Assembly: GCA_964247055.1 (NCBI GenBank) | Contig: OZ176055.1 | Location: 1 to 64,000 of the forward strand | Direction of reading: 5' to 3' | Source of the DNA: Paragordius varius | Lineage: Eukaryota > Animalia > Nematomorpha | DNA length: 64,000 nucleotides | Shown here: in pieces, positions 11,701 to 22,800 of the stretch | Layout: each line of letters opens with the position of its first letter | Numbering within the stretch: position 1 is the stretch's first letter | Position numbers and translations under genes: made by a program | The notes under the pieces: model-generated | What the model saw: the letters and a program-made list of their open reading frames with translations, nothing else | What the model was told of the DNA's origin: nothing | Database searches by the model: none

Positions 11701-12875
11701 TAGGATTTAGAATATTGGAATTAATATCCGTACTGGAATTATTGCCTTCATGTCCCTTACCAATGATGTTTGAGGTCCCACTCACTTTGGTAGGAGAAGA
11801 ATTAACTGGAGAGCTGGGTGGATCAAAAAAGTTTACTGAATGAGTTGGAGATGACTCGACAACCTTAGGCTTATTAGACGGATTGAAACGGAGGTTTGAC
11901 AAACTTAACGGTTTGCTGTGAGGATGAGGAGGTAGATTATGAGACCTTTTATGAGATAAGAGAGACATGCGCTTGGGAAACGACAAGTCACACTCATCAC
12001 ATGCGTGAGGCATTTGGACAATAGGAGATTTGGACGCAAAAATGCACTCTTTCATATGTATACTTGGGTGAATAGATAAAACTTTGTTACAAGGTTTGCA
12101 AATATTAACTATTTTGATTAGTTCTTTATGGACCAGCTTAATATGACGTAGAAGAGACTGTCTCTGGGCAGTCCAGGATTTACAACGAAATTGATGATTG
12201 CAGGATTCAAACGGACACGAAAAATGATTAGGTAAAGGAAAATAGAAGGATAGGGTTTTGTCCTGCAGGGTAGGTTGATGTGGCATCACCTCCAATAGGT
12301 CGCCATCATTATCATCATCATTATTATTTATCTTAAGCATTTTGTTGGCTGGATGGACAAGATCAAGGATGGTCTTGCGTTTAATGTTTGAGCTGGGAGA
12401 TTTGGCCTGATTGGATGACTGATTGGTAGCTGTGTACACGTTGTCGTAGAATTGAGATGAAGAGAGTGAAGGGAATTGGTGTTCATAGAGAGAGTCAATA
12501 TCGGGTGTTGGAGTTGTCGACGGGTTGACACAGAATGATGGATGGCTTTGAGTATTGACCGTGGTGACAGAGGTATGGCAGAAGGTTGTCTTGCAGTACA
12601 CTGGTTGATTATCATTATCACTTATTGTAAGGGGAAACATGATTTGTACGTTGTTGGAGCTAATAGTGTTGGTTGAAATCATATCTATAATAAAATAAAT
12701 AATGTATAATATTGGAAAGAAATTTAGATGGACCAAAGGATTAAAGAATGGAAATAAATAAAGTCCTAATCACCCGGATAATTAATATAAAACCAAAAGG
12801 GGGCCGGGAATTCAGAGACACACAATTAAGAGTAAAAACAACATGCGAATAAAAGATAAAGAGAGAGGCGCGAAT
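8728..12875 (-). mobile_element. Full-length Utopia-like (NeSL-group) U2-snRNA-targeting non-LTR retrotransposon, 4148 bp
   Basis: Bounded exactly by the two U2 halves. It has a ~190-nt 5'UTR, a single intact ORF and a 160-nt 3'UTR ending AATAAATTA, with no TSD. Confidence 0.92.
8888..12682 (-). CDS. Zinc-finger / reverse transcriptase / restriction-like endonuclease polyprotein (~1264 aa from the first ATG; the ORF track starts at an upstream TTG, 12736)
   Basis: Three N-terminal zinc fingers: CPFESC...HIKLVH, CKPC...HMKEC and CDEC...HKRSH. RT motifs: PGPDG, WRPLSLSNTIYK, QKGF, DITAAFDSVPH, GIKQGCPISGLLFN, YADD, FLG. These are followed by CCHC (CRRC...HVLNHC), RHN and the RLE motif RPDL...IDPTVPFE...KIMKY. 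Confidence 0.97.
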   Translation of the reverse strand: MISTNTISSNNVQIMFPLTISDNDNQPVYCKTTFCHTSVTTVNTQSHPSFCVNPSTTPTPDIDSLYEHQFPSLSSSQFYDNVYTATNQSSNQAKSPSSNIKRKTILDLVHPANKMLKINNNDDDNDGDLLEVMPHQPTLQDKTLSFYFPLPNHFSCPFESCNHQFRCKSWTAQRQSLLRHIKLVHKELIKIVNICKPCNKVLSIHPSIHMKECIFASKSPIVQMPHACDECDLSFPKRMSLLSHKRSHNLPPHPHSKPLSLSNLRFNPSNKPKVVESSPTHSVNFFDPPSSPVNSSPTKVSGTSNIIGKGHEGNNSSTDINSNILNPSSSVNKNYFNYFSKNEVSLSNRFTILEESVDEEPTSSVTLPPPNKSFNKSSALNKNTFPFTNFNNLLDSHDENSDWEDVCSLISSIQNALSPPRADYNKFKSLVHKDLNIRSMYKRNRKKAIRLIVDGPPSSCKINNEDITNYFNNTIGKKSEPINFNYSNNSVPLLDFIPFSASEVSDKLRKVSNSSPGPDGISYTKWKQVDPKGFLLSKIFNLCLSHRMIPNHWKVTKSILISKKKGDPSLVSSWRPLSLSNTIYKLFTGLIANRISKHILKNNLLSSAQKGFMPFDGCFEHNYILNKSISDAKHNKKDIFVTFIDITAAFDSVPHQLIFECLPNFGIDNNIQALIKDIYTNSCTQFFSASGLTQPIPFLSGIKQGCPISGLLFNLSIDSVLRSMVFNGHNVLAYADDIVLLSDSPERHQVGLNLLECLIHDIGLSIKAEKCNSISIASCSPVFKIGEVVVPSIGQGEFVKFLGKPVGLNFINPVPSTEIVDKIHSSSLLPWQKLDAIKTFFYPTISHQLRNNELKMVTGEYLDKKLTKVFKQILNLPRDATNNYIFGSRNKGALGMPLFRDDINIFRVDSAFKLLTSLDPSIRVSALEELKVSASFRFKVRLDSITPDQLGKYLSGYENPLVSNPANKCQNIWTIARIASESLKISWSFDDSFQPTVISEFSKISQDNRSAVVSNLRFYKRKLKDTELHHFALQGRVMECVADDKVSHHFLYNNKDLRFRDWNFIHRARLNLLPTKMRLRSSEQMCRRCGKSKETQAHVLNHCLKDDNIITKRHNIIVDLIKDNLPSNFKILSENQAIDSSRLRPDLIVTNGTDCYIIDPTVPFENRLESFETAFNNKIMKYCCMAQQLQETYSNTQVIPVVVGSLGSWYSKNDVLFEKIRFRCPTQLKKSIVTNTIKASSDMYHMFMSGRNSLIDNNPTNASL

Positions 12876-12906
12876 TTTGATCTTAGCCAAGAGGCCGAGA
12901 AGCGAT
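12876..12906 (-). ncRNA. U2: U2 snRNA gene, 5' part (nt 1-31)
   Basis: Minus strand reads ATCGCTTCTCGGCCTCTTGGCTAAGATCAAA, the canonical U2 5' end with stem-loop I and the U6-pairing region. Confidence 0.96.
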
Positions 12907-14899
12907 AACTCTAGGTAAATTTGCTTCTCTCAATATAAATTTATTTATTTCTCCAAAAATAGGCATTTGACTTTTATTTTTAAATTAAATTAAAAGGCTT
13001 CTTCTTTCACCAATACCTGTATATAATGATTTACTTTTTGTCCAAACGATATCATTTCATGTTATTTTTTTGGGGAAATTTTTCAAAAAATAATAATACC
13101 TGTTTAATTAATATGAATTCTTACCTGTATTTTTTCAGGTGAATACGAATATTAATCATTATTTACCTGTTTCACCTTTTCACATAATATTATATCACAC
13201 CTTTTTACACTACACATGTATCTCTCTCTATTACTATTATATGCGTATATTTATTTAATAGACATTACAAAACAGAAGAAAAGATGGGATATTGGAATAA
13301 ATACATATAAGATATCAATAAACCTTTATATTGGCGTGCGATGTAAAAATGAGTTATAAATGTCTTTCATAATGTTAATAAATGGTATTTTTAGAGATGA
13401 TTAGTTTGGCTATAGATTTTTTGAAATGTATATGTAAAATATGTTTATCAAAAGTTTAATTTAAAAGTGAAAATTATAACTGATTATAAAATTAATAATT
13501 TTACATAATTTGCATTGGTTTTCTTGATAAACGATAAAAAAATATTTAATAGAAATAGTAGTATATACATTTATTTATAAAATTTGAATAATACAGATGT
13601 TTTTTTAAATTGTTGTTGACTAAATGAGAACGAAGAGAAACAAAACAGCATAAGTTTTGAATAAGTTCCGGTACACACTTGAAAAAAACACAAAATTGCT
13701 TGTGCATAAAATTTTTATACATACAATACTCTAATCTGCATCTCGTTTATTTTATAAATAATAAATTAGAATACAAATCCTACCTTTGGATAAGTATTAT
13801 CACCGCAAAAACATGTATTGTAATGTGACCAGATAGGCTGTTTTTAGTACAATACTGGGTTTTCAGAAAAAAACTGCGCCTGTACTGCCACCACTTTTGT
13901 ACTGCTTTTTGAAATTAAAATTTTTTTTATAAATATATATTATCTTTTATTTATTCAAAAAATTATTGCTTTTAACATAGTACCCTCTGTAAAAATAAAC
14001 CCCTTATTTGTAAAGAAATGGTTCATGCGGTAAAAACTAAGATTAGTCTATTTTTAATTGGTTAATATTTTATTTTCTGCTCGAATTATACATCAAACTT
14101 AGGATTGCATTTCGCGCAGTGGCAAAACTTCAAATCTCGGACCCCACAACGTAAGATTCAGGCGATGGATATTTCACTCAATGTTTCCTCAAAAAAAGGT
14201 GCCTTAAAATTTAAAATTAAAAATATTAATTTGTGATATATAAATGTTTGATCGGTTTAGAAAGTTCATTTTTTTGTTATAATGTTCAAACGGAAAATTC
14301 ATTAGAAACTTGTTAATCCCTTTACATATTATGTAAAATTTATTATACATGACATATGATTACGAAATAACCTTTTTTTTCGTATCAAAAATTAATAGTT
14401 TTTACGTCTAAACTCATCATGTGGGAGGTATGATATTTTAAATCTTGTTCATAAACTTTAATTTTCATTAGTTTTCCTTTTTTTCATAAATAAATGTAAG
14501 ATATTTTGTTGAAGCGAACAAACATGAACATGATAGAAACGGTCTAACGCTTTAAGATATAATAAAAACCCTTTTCTATATAATTCGATGATGTTGAACA
14601 TTTCTATAGGTTTAGAATAATTTAAAGGTTTGTTTACCTGCAATTTTTACAATTTTTGTAAAATAACACAATAGTTCTAAGTTACAACGTATAGTATCGA
14701 ATATATATAAAGTGTAATAACATCTCAGACGTTTATATCGTTTCCGTCATCCTGTAAAAAGTCTGAAGTACCTTTTACAGAATATTAAAATTTTGAAAGT
14801 AGGTATTTTTTCAAATTGATATCAAAATTTAGAGTAAATTAAAATTATTGAACAATGTCGGAAATTTGCGTTTACTTTAAGAGAACAGTCCATTTTATA

Positions 14900-15240
14900 A
14901 GAGCCAAAAAAATGAGGACATTCAGAGCCCACATCCAACAATTTTTTTTAAAATATTGATTTGCTTTTTTATGGCATTTTATATTTTGGTGATATTTTTT
15001 GAAGAATTTAGTTTTCACCAAAAAATATATTATCGCACCTTTTGCTCCCTTTATATGGAGCACTTACTACAAAAGTGTAGATAACTTTCTTTAATAACTC
15101 GTTATTAAAACCAAAAGCACCATGATAATCCTGATATTTTCCAATCAGAATATAAATTTCAGGATATTTTTTGTGGAAACTGTGTAATATACCACACCGA
15201 TGGTGTAAAAACATGCAAAGTATTTTTTAAGTTTGTACTG
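14900..15240. repeat. Old dispersed repeat, related (inverted) to ~43330-43640
   Basis: Shared blocks such as ATATGGAGCACTTAC(T/C)ACAAAAGT and ATCAGAATATAAATTT occur in opposite orientation at ~15055-15165 and ~43370-43480. Boundaries are approximate. Confidence 0.55.
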
Positions 15241-16107
15241 CCTCAAAGTTCAAAATATCTGGTCACATTAATGTATTGTAATGAAAAGAGCCATATTACC
15301 AATTTACATAGAACATGTAGATATGTATATGAATTCGTATTCACTAACATGTAAGATATTTGCAATCAGTTTTTGTAAAGTTGTCCTTTTCCTTTTAACA
15401 ATATACAGTAGCTGGAGTAAAACAATATTCGTCCATAAAAGAATAAAAAAATGTTTTTTTTTAAAAAAAAAAACAATCCTAAATGTAAATACACATATCA
15501 ATAATATCCCTTTGTTTTTTTTAAAAAAAAACAATTTTTTATTCTATTATGGACTCATATTGTTTTACTCCATACGCTACTGTAATAGACAACCCCGGAC
15601 ATCATAAAATCAAATATTTTATTTAATATAAAATTATTGGATCAACAAAAATTATTTGACATGAGTGGATAAGCTATACATAAAAATAATGCAAATGAAC
15701 CATTTTTTTGTTGATTTATATTTTTAATACATACTTTTAATTTTATCATTTGAGTCTAAAAAGACAAAATATTTCAAAAAAGATGAGAAATAATGAGTAC
15801 GTTTAAGTAGGACATAGTTCATACAACTAAAAATCATATAGAAGCATAAATTCAAATTGGGATAGCCTTTTTTATCAGTTTTGAAAATAAAGTTAGCATG
15901 GACTCTTTAGTTACCCTTCAACTGAATTAGTCTTACATGCCTGTATAAAGTTGATAAATTTATTTATTTTTCACTTTGTAACATTGGTACATCAAAATAT
16001 AAAATCGATTTATGCTTAATATTCATATTAAACCGCGTCCCTAAAAGTAATTTTATGGTCCTGAATAATCATATAAATATTATTGATGATATATTTATTT
16101 GTATGAA

Positions 16108-16503
16108 CACTTGGATACAACACATTTATTTTCATTTTTCGATTCAATTTGAGATCTATACCTCAAGCATGTTTACAATCAAATATCTCTAAAAATATGG
16201 AAACAGAAACCATTTAAAATAAAACCCAAAAAAAATTAATCAACATGTGCCTATCCCCTAAAAAAAGATAATAAACCTCTTTTCTGTTCCAATCAATGCT
16301 AAATACGAAATAGATAAATATGGCGACGAAAAAGTTTGATATGAAACTTTTTATTTTTAAAACTAAATTTTATCAAGATTTTTAGCTAATTTATATTATT
16401 TTTATTGGGATCAAAATATAAATTTAAATTAGAACCGTTAAGTAGTTTTTAGAGAATATCAACTTTAATATAGTTTGGAGTCTTTCCGATTTCAATCGTA
16501 ATG
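16108..16503. mobile_element. piggyBac-like MITE (family P), internally deleted and degenerate copy
   Basis: Starts CACTTGGATACAACAC, contains the AAATATGGCGACGAAAAAGTTTGATATGAAAC block, and ends with a degenerate AATCGTAATG|TTA. Confidence 0.65.
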
Positions 16504-16967
16504 TTATTAAATATTCTAGTTCTGCTTTTTTAGTATTTCCGCTTTTTTGTACGAAAGTTATTTATTATAACATTAGATAATTAAAAATTTGGCACACGTT
16601 GAGTATGATTCCAAAATTATATTCGTCTTTTGCTATTCTACGAAACCTCTTACCACATTTACCTTAATATATTTATTATGCTGATAATAATTACAGTAAC
16701 GAGCACTATAGCTGCATTTAAAATTACAAAAAAATATTTAATTTACATGTCTATTAGCATGTAAGATATATTTAAGTTTTATTAGCTACATATCAAATAG
16801 AATATGTGCAGTAAAATACAGTGGTGCCTGATTGCAGTGTAATATTAAAATAACTATCTGTTGAATAATCCTTATCTGTCATTTATTATAGATAAAATAA
16901 ATTAAACCCTTATAAATAGAATTTAAAAAATATGTATAAAAGAATACCAAATTGTGATTTTAAGATA

Positions 16968-17227
16968 CAGTTAAAATTGATATTATACGGACAAAAGCTA
17001 ATAAAAAGTAATACAAATATTTTTTCTAAAATACAACCATACTTTTCACTAATTTTTTAATAAATTATACAATAGAGGTATTTTGGTATTACAATATGTT
17101 AAAAGACTTAATACATATTTTACGATTCTTAAATGATTTTAATAGGATAAATTAAGGTTTGAAAAAATATAATTGTCTAAAAAGTTGTTTATATATTTTA
17201 GCTTTTTGTCCGTATAAATTTTTACTG
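16968..17227. mobile_element. TA-flanked MITE (family T, Tc1/mariner-like), ~260 bp with long TIRs
   Basis: TA|CAGTTAAAATTGATATTATACGGACAAAA ... TTTTGTCCGTATAAATTTTTACTG|TA. Confidence 0.75.
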
Positions 17228-17289
17228 TATAATTTTATATAATAAGTAATTTAGCTTCCTTTAAAAAAATATTTTTATTTTGACTATTG

Positions 17290-19735
17290 CCAGTGTAATT
17301 TCAAATATGCTGTGGAGTCCTTTAAGTGTTTCCTATGCTCACTTTTTCAAAAAATAGTTTCCTTATAATTCATATAAAAAAAATTAAATTTACCATTGAG
17401 TTTATTAAAGCAAAAACATGCCGAAAACTGATATAACTATAGAAAAATTAATACTACTTCTAGTAATACGGACAAAACGTAAAAATATAAAACAATATGT
17501 TTATTAAAAAGCGACCATACTTTTTTAAACCTTTATTATTCCCATCTAGGTATCTAAAATAAAATACATTGATTGTGCTACCAATTAACAATCTATATTA
17601 TACTTTGTAGTTCAACACTTCGATTCAAATTGGGGTATCTAAATACCCCAGACTAAATTTGATAAGGTTTTTAAAAAACTACTGAATGAAACGGTCCGAA
17701 TTTAAATTTATGCTTCTATTTTAATAAAAATTATATAAATATGCTAAAATATCTGAATAAAATTTTGTTTTGTAAAAAAAGTTCCATGTCAAACTACTTC
17801 GACGCCATTTTTATTTTACAAAATTTTTGCAAAATATCGAATTCATTTAATTTTAAGGGTAAAATTAAAGCTAATTTTTTATTAAATTTACATCTAACAA
17901 TGATAGAAATAGAAAAAGCGATTACTTTTGTATTATTTTTCAATTTTACCATTGCACAGATGTCACGTTGACTAAATTTTTACATTTCGGTTTTATCTTA
18001 AAATAATTAATATCAAGTATTTTTGAATAAAACTTTTTATATATTTCGGTATATTAATGTTATATAAGTGAAAATTTTTGCAATGGTTCCTATTCCTTCC
18101 ATATTTTTTATAGAATTTAATTTTAAACAGGTCTGGGGTATTTAACTACCCCAATTTGAATCGAAAGACTAAAATGAATGTGTTGTATCCAAGTGTTAAA
18201 ACAATAAGTTAAAAATCAAGATTAAAAAAGTAGGTTTTATTTTAGAAATAATATTTGTCTTTATATTTTTTTTGTCCGTATAATTTCAGATTTTACTGTA
18301 ACTTAAAAAAAATATATTTTAGTTATCCCAAATAAAAAATTACAAAACGAATTCTTCATGGAAACATTTTATGAAATTGACAAAATTAGAAAGGCCATTG
18401 ATAACATTAACGCAATTAAAATATCTAATCAAAGTACTTCCGGAAACTTTATCATAAAAGATTGCGCAGAATTTGATTTTTTTTAAATTATTAGGACAAT
18501 CTAATCCACACTTTATGATGATAGATAGCTTTAAGTTTGATTTATTCATTTTGTCTGATGATAAAATAATTGTTTATTATAATACGAATTACTATTTGAA
18601 AATCACATAAGATACTAAGGGTGGAGTGAATAAAGTTTAGGAAACACTGTTTCCTTAGCTTTTTTAAAAAATTTCTTAATTTGGAGTGAATAAAAAACCA
18701 AGGAAACCCTAAAATAATTACCATTAGTTTTTTAAGGAAACACTTGTTTTCAAAATAAAAAAATTATTAAAGGAAACCCCACATATTTTTTAGGATGCTA
18801 AAGACGACCCTTAAATATTTATAAATTTTATTGCAATCGATAATAGAGGATTAAACAAGGTAATTATGGCTACGGTTTTAATACATTCAATTTACAATTT
18901 TAAGCTCGAAAGTAATTTTTATATATTTTAGATTTTTCTACGATTTAATAATTAAACAATAAACTTCATGACTAAATACTTTTTCCCTGATTCCGATAAA
19001 ATAAGAAGATGAGCCCTGAGTCCGCGACAATAAGAGTTTTTTAAGATTTCCCGCAGATCCCGCGCATCAAATTACTAATAAGCTAGTTTTTGAGTTGCAT
19101 TTTTAACAAATCTCATTTTATATGGTATGCAAGCCACAAAAATTTAAAGTTAATTAGTATCTTATGTGATTCCTGTCAAATGAAAATTTGTATAATAATA
19201 AACTATTATTTATCATCAGACAAAATGTATAAATTAAATTTTAAGATATTTATTATTTATTGTCAAAAAATGAATTAGATTGCCATAATAATTTAGGAAA
19301 TTTTACCACGATTTTGTGCGATCTTTTATGATAAAATGTTTAGGAAAATTTTCATATGATAATGTGAGATCTTTTATGATAAAGTTCCGGGATTTCCTTG
19401 ATCATATTTTTTAATTGCGGTTTTTATGTTATCAATATTTCTAATGTGATTAATTTCATAAATATTATGTTTCCATTTTTTGCAATACTACATATTTGGA
19501 TTCATTTAAAACTATAGGATATCTAGTATATATTTATTATTAAGTTACTTTACTGGAATGCTATTACTTTATCCATATGAATAGTATCAGTTTTAGGCAT
19601 GTTTTTTAGTTTAGGAAACTCAAGGATAAATTAGATGTTTTTTATAAATTATAAGGAATTTCTTTGTAAAACTGAGCATAGGAAACACTTAAAGGGTTTT
19701 TCTTTTTTTGTTCACTCCACTCTATGACTTTTTAA
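17290..19735. mobile_element. Old element with long inverted arms; the left arm is split by nested MITEs
   Basis: ~17310-17465 is the reverse complement of ~19550-19710, and ~18340-18620 of ~19150-19480. The gap in the left arm is filled by a family-T MITE (~17466-18298). Boundaries are approximate. Confidence 0.6.
17616..18195. mobile_element. piggyBac-like MITE (family P) nested in a family-T MITE
   Basis: TCAA|CACTTCGATTCAAATTGGGG ... TGTTGTATCCAAGTG|TTAA. The flanks (17466-17615 and 18200-18298) are the two halves of a family-T MITE. Confidence 0.85.
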
Positions 19736-19875
19736 CCATATAATTAACTGACTTAATATTGTTGGAGATGAAAAATTCACACACATTCATAAGATTGGTA
19801 AAAAGATGAAAAAATAATTTATTACTATGGACTAAACTATTATTATTCACTTAAACAGTTGATAGGTAAGATAAC

Positions 19876-22800
19876 TTAGCAATTATATAAATTATTAATA
19901 GATGTAGCAGTTTTTGGGTACATGTCAGCCGGGTTTTCTGGTAAATTCATAACAGATTGCACATAACTCAAACTGTCGAACGAGGCGGCCAGACATTTTC
20001 TTGGGCTTTTTCGCACATTTGTTGCTCGATAATAATAATGGGAGGATGAGGAAGGGAAGATATCATACAACAAAGATTTTTGTTCCTTATTCTGAGACCA
20101 TAAACTGTTATGCTTCACAAGTTTTTCTGAAAAGGTTTTAGCAGGTCTGAGACTTTCTTTCAGCAAATCCTCGTTATGATGAAAAGATTTTTTTGCAGGA
20201 GAATTTAAGCACAGTTGATTTCGGCACGCTAATTTTAAATAATGATACATATATTATCTTTTTTATATTCATTAACATGAATATATATTAAAGTTTTGGT
20301 ACATTGCAGACAAATTCCTAAGTATTACCCTTACTTTGCAATATAATAGCAACCAACCAATCATATGAACAATAATTAGCAATAATGATAAAATACTGTG
20401 CGGCAAAAATGTGGATCAAATAATAAAAGTTTATAAATCATTTATCATTGGGTAAAAGCTTCACGATAAGGGATTTTTATACAGTCAGAATCAAAAAAAT
20501 TTTGTTTATTAGGTTAAACATAAATACTAGAACAAAACATGCCAATTATATTCGTATGATGGTTAATATAAAAAATGTATAACAATAACAAATTTTGGAA
20601 TTTAAAATTGACGCTAAAGTGCGTCCTTTAATTCTTGGATGTCTTTCTAGGACTTTGAAAATATGGTAAAGCTACGATAATTTGCGTTTAATGATACAAA
20701 TTATCATACTAATTCAGTTGAAGAGTTTTTCGCTATTGTATTTTATTCGACCTAATATGTCATACCCCCTTTATTATTCATTGCGAAGCTTTTACCTGAT
20801 AAATGATATATGATTCACAAACAGTGATGCTAAACACCGTATAATAATGGAATTAAGGCGTCAAAATTGTAACTTTTTTTTTACAAAAAAGAGAAATAAA
20901 TAGAAATGTGAGACACTTTATTCCAAAAATTATTATACTTTTTGCAAAAGTTTGGGTGGCAGCCACATAAGGTCCCAGAGTCTTTTCCAAGTATTTTGTT
21001 ATATTTGGACATTTCTCCACAATATAATTGGTGGAGGACCAAACAATCTAATATCCAGAAACAATGTTAATATTCCACATGGAAACTTAGTAAAAATTGA
21101 GATTATAGACATACAAATATTTTGGTCAATGCACCGATATACTTTTTTAAAATATAACTCATTGTTTCTTAAATAGGAAAAAGGGATGTGAACTGGTAAT
21201 ACAACCAATTATATATATTACAGAAATTAGAATTGAAAAAAGCATGGTAAAAATTATTTGTCTTTCTGTTTTTAGGTTTTGTCTTCTGTGTATTATCAAT
21301 ATTTACTGTATTTTAATTAAAATTTTGTAAAAATTGCATATTTGAAACCATTCCATCAATGCCCATATCCAAGGCTTGGCGAAAAGAAAACCTAACATCC
21401 GTCGTAGTTAATGGGATTTGAAATTTGGAGTTTGGATATTCGGTCGAATACTCGGTCCCAAAGTACGGATAAATTGGAATGTATTTTCCCATTTTCTGTC
21501 GCAATCTAATGCTTTCGTCGAATACTATACCAAATATAAAAACCAGACTGTTAAAATAAAATGCCCATATAATTAAAGACAAATATACGTACTTTTGTGA
21601 ATCCAAACTCCATTGTCAAGAACCGTTTGAGTCGTAGGAGCTGAAATGTAAATGCTGGGATATAACGCGGTGGATGCATTATATAACCAGAAGATATCAT
21701 CATTCATTTTCCCCAATGTTCCGCATTTTATGTCTTTGTAAGAACTAAATTGAATTAAAATTATACAGACACAATGAAAAACATTAGGACAAATATATTT
21801 TAACAAAAAACAACCATATATTATCTTTAATTCCTGTAATGGAACGCATATGAAATATATTATGGCATTTTACAATTTTGATCAAATAGTGTATATGTGG
21901 AAATTAAGGTTTATTAAAAAGTATGATTAAATGTCTTTTAGCCTTACGTTTTTACTTTTTGTTATAATACAGTCATGTATATGGAAATGAATGAATAAAT
22001 TTACATTCTATAACAGTATGGAAATCCGTAATATCCCCATTTGGCATTCGGTCGCAACTTGATTGCCAACTTGAGAGTTTGTTCAAAGAAGGACCGGGCT
22101 GCTTGGTCAAACAGCGAATAAGCGAAATCTCTCAGTTCGTTTCCTGAAAGATTGGGGTTTTTAGTTTTGGCGTATGCTATGGACTCGTTCTTTGCACAAT
22201 TAAATAACAGTTAGTATGAATAAATATACATTGCTAGTTTGTTAGTAAATATTGCAGATGGCTTTGGAAGCAAAGGGCTTATTATTGGCTAATAAAAAGC
22301 GAAAAAACTTTAAGCTACTTAGATTGCCCTTAACCTTTTACGTCATCTGGCCATAATTAATGTAATCTAGTAATCCATACTCACTCTATTGTATATAAAA
22401 ACTAATTTATAGAACAACCTTATAAACATCTCGATATTTCCCTTGCAATAGTTTCATATTGGGAATGTATTCCTCAAAATCTATGATAGCTAGTCCCTAA
22501 AATATGAAATATTATTATTCACGTAATATAAATTAGGTGTATCCTAAATAAATCTTACATTAAATTTCGGGTTAGGCATAATTCTAAGAACATCTTCTTC
22601 AAACATTTTAAGATGAAGACTCAAATTTCCCCGTTGAGGAATTCCCCCATTTATAGCCTTCCAAGCAGCTCTTGTATCAACTGAACCCTATTATCGAAAG
22701 TATAAAAAATCATATTTAAACATTTAGAATTGCATTATATACTTTCATATTTATGGATGGTTTATTGGATTAAAACCTGCTATTCTGCGTTTATCTCTTG

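Noticed and set aside
8888-12736. Possible R2 (28S rDNA) or telomere-specific retrotransposon, given the RLE domain and subtelomeric position
   Set aside because: The flanks are U2 snRNA, not 28S rRNA or telomeric repeat, and no Myb domain is evident.
15008-15214. 68-aa ORF with faint integrase-like wording (SAPY)
   Set aside because: No convincing DDE spacing, and it lies within a dispersed repeat.
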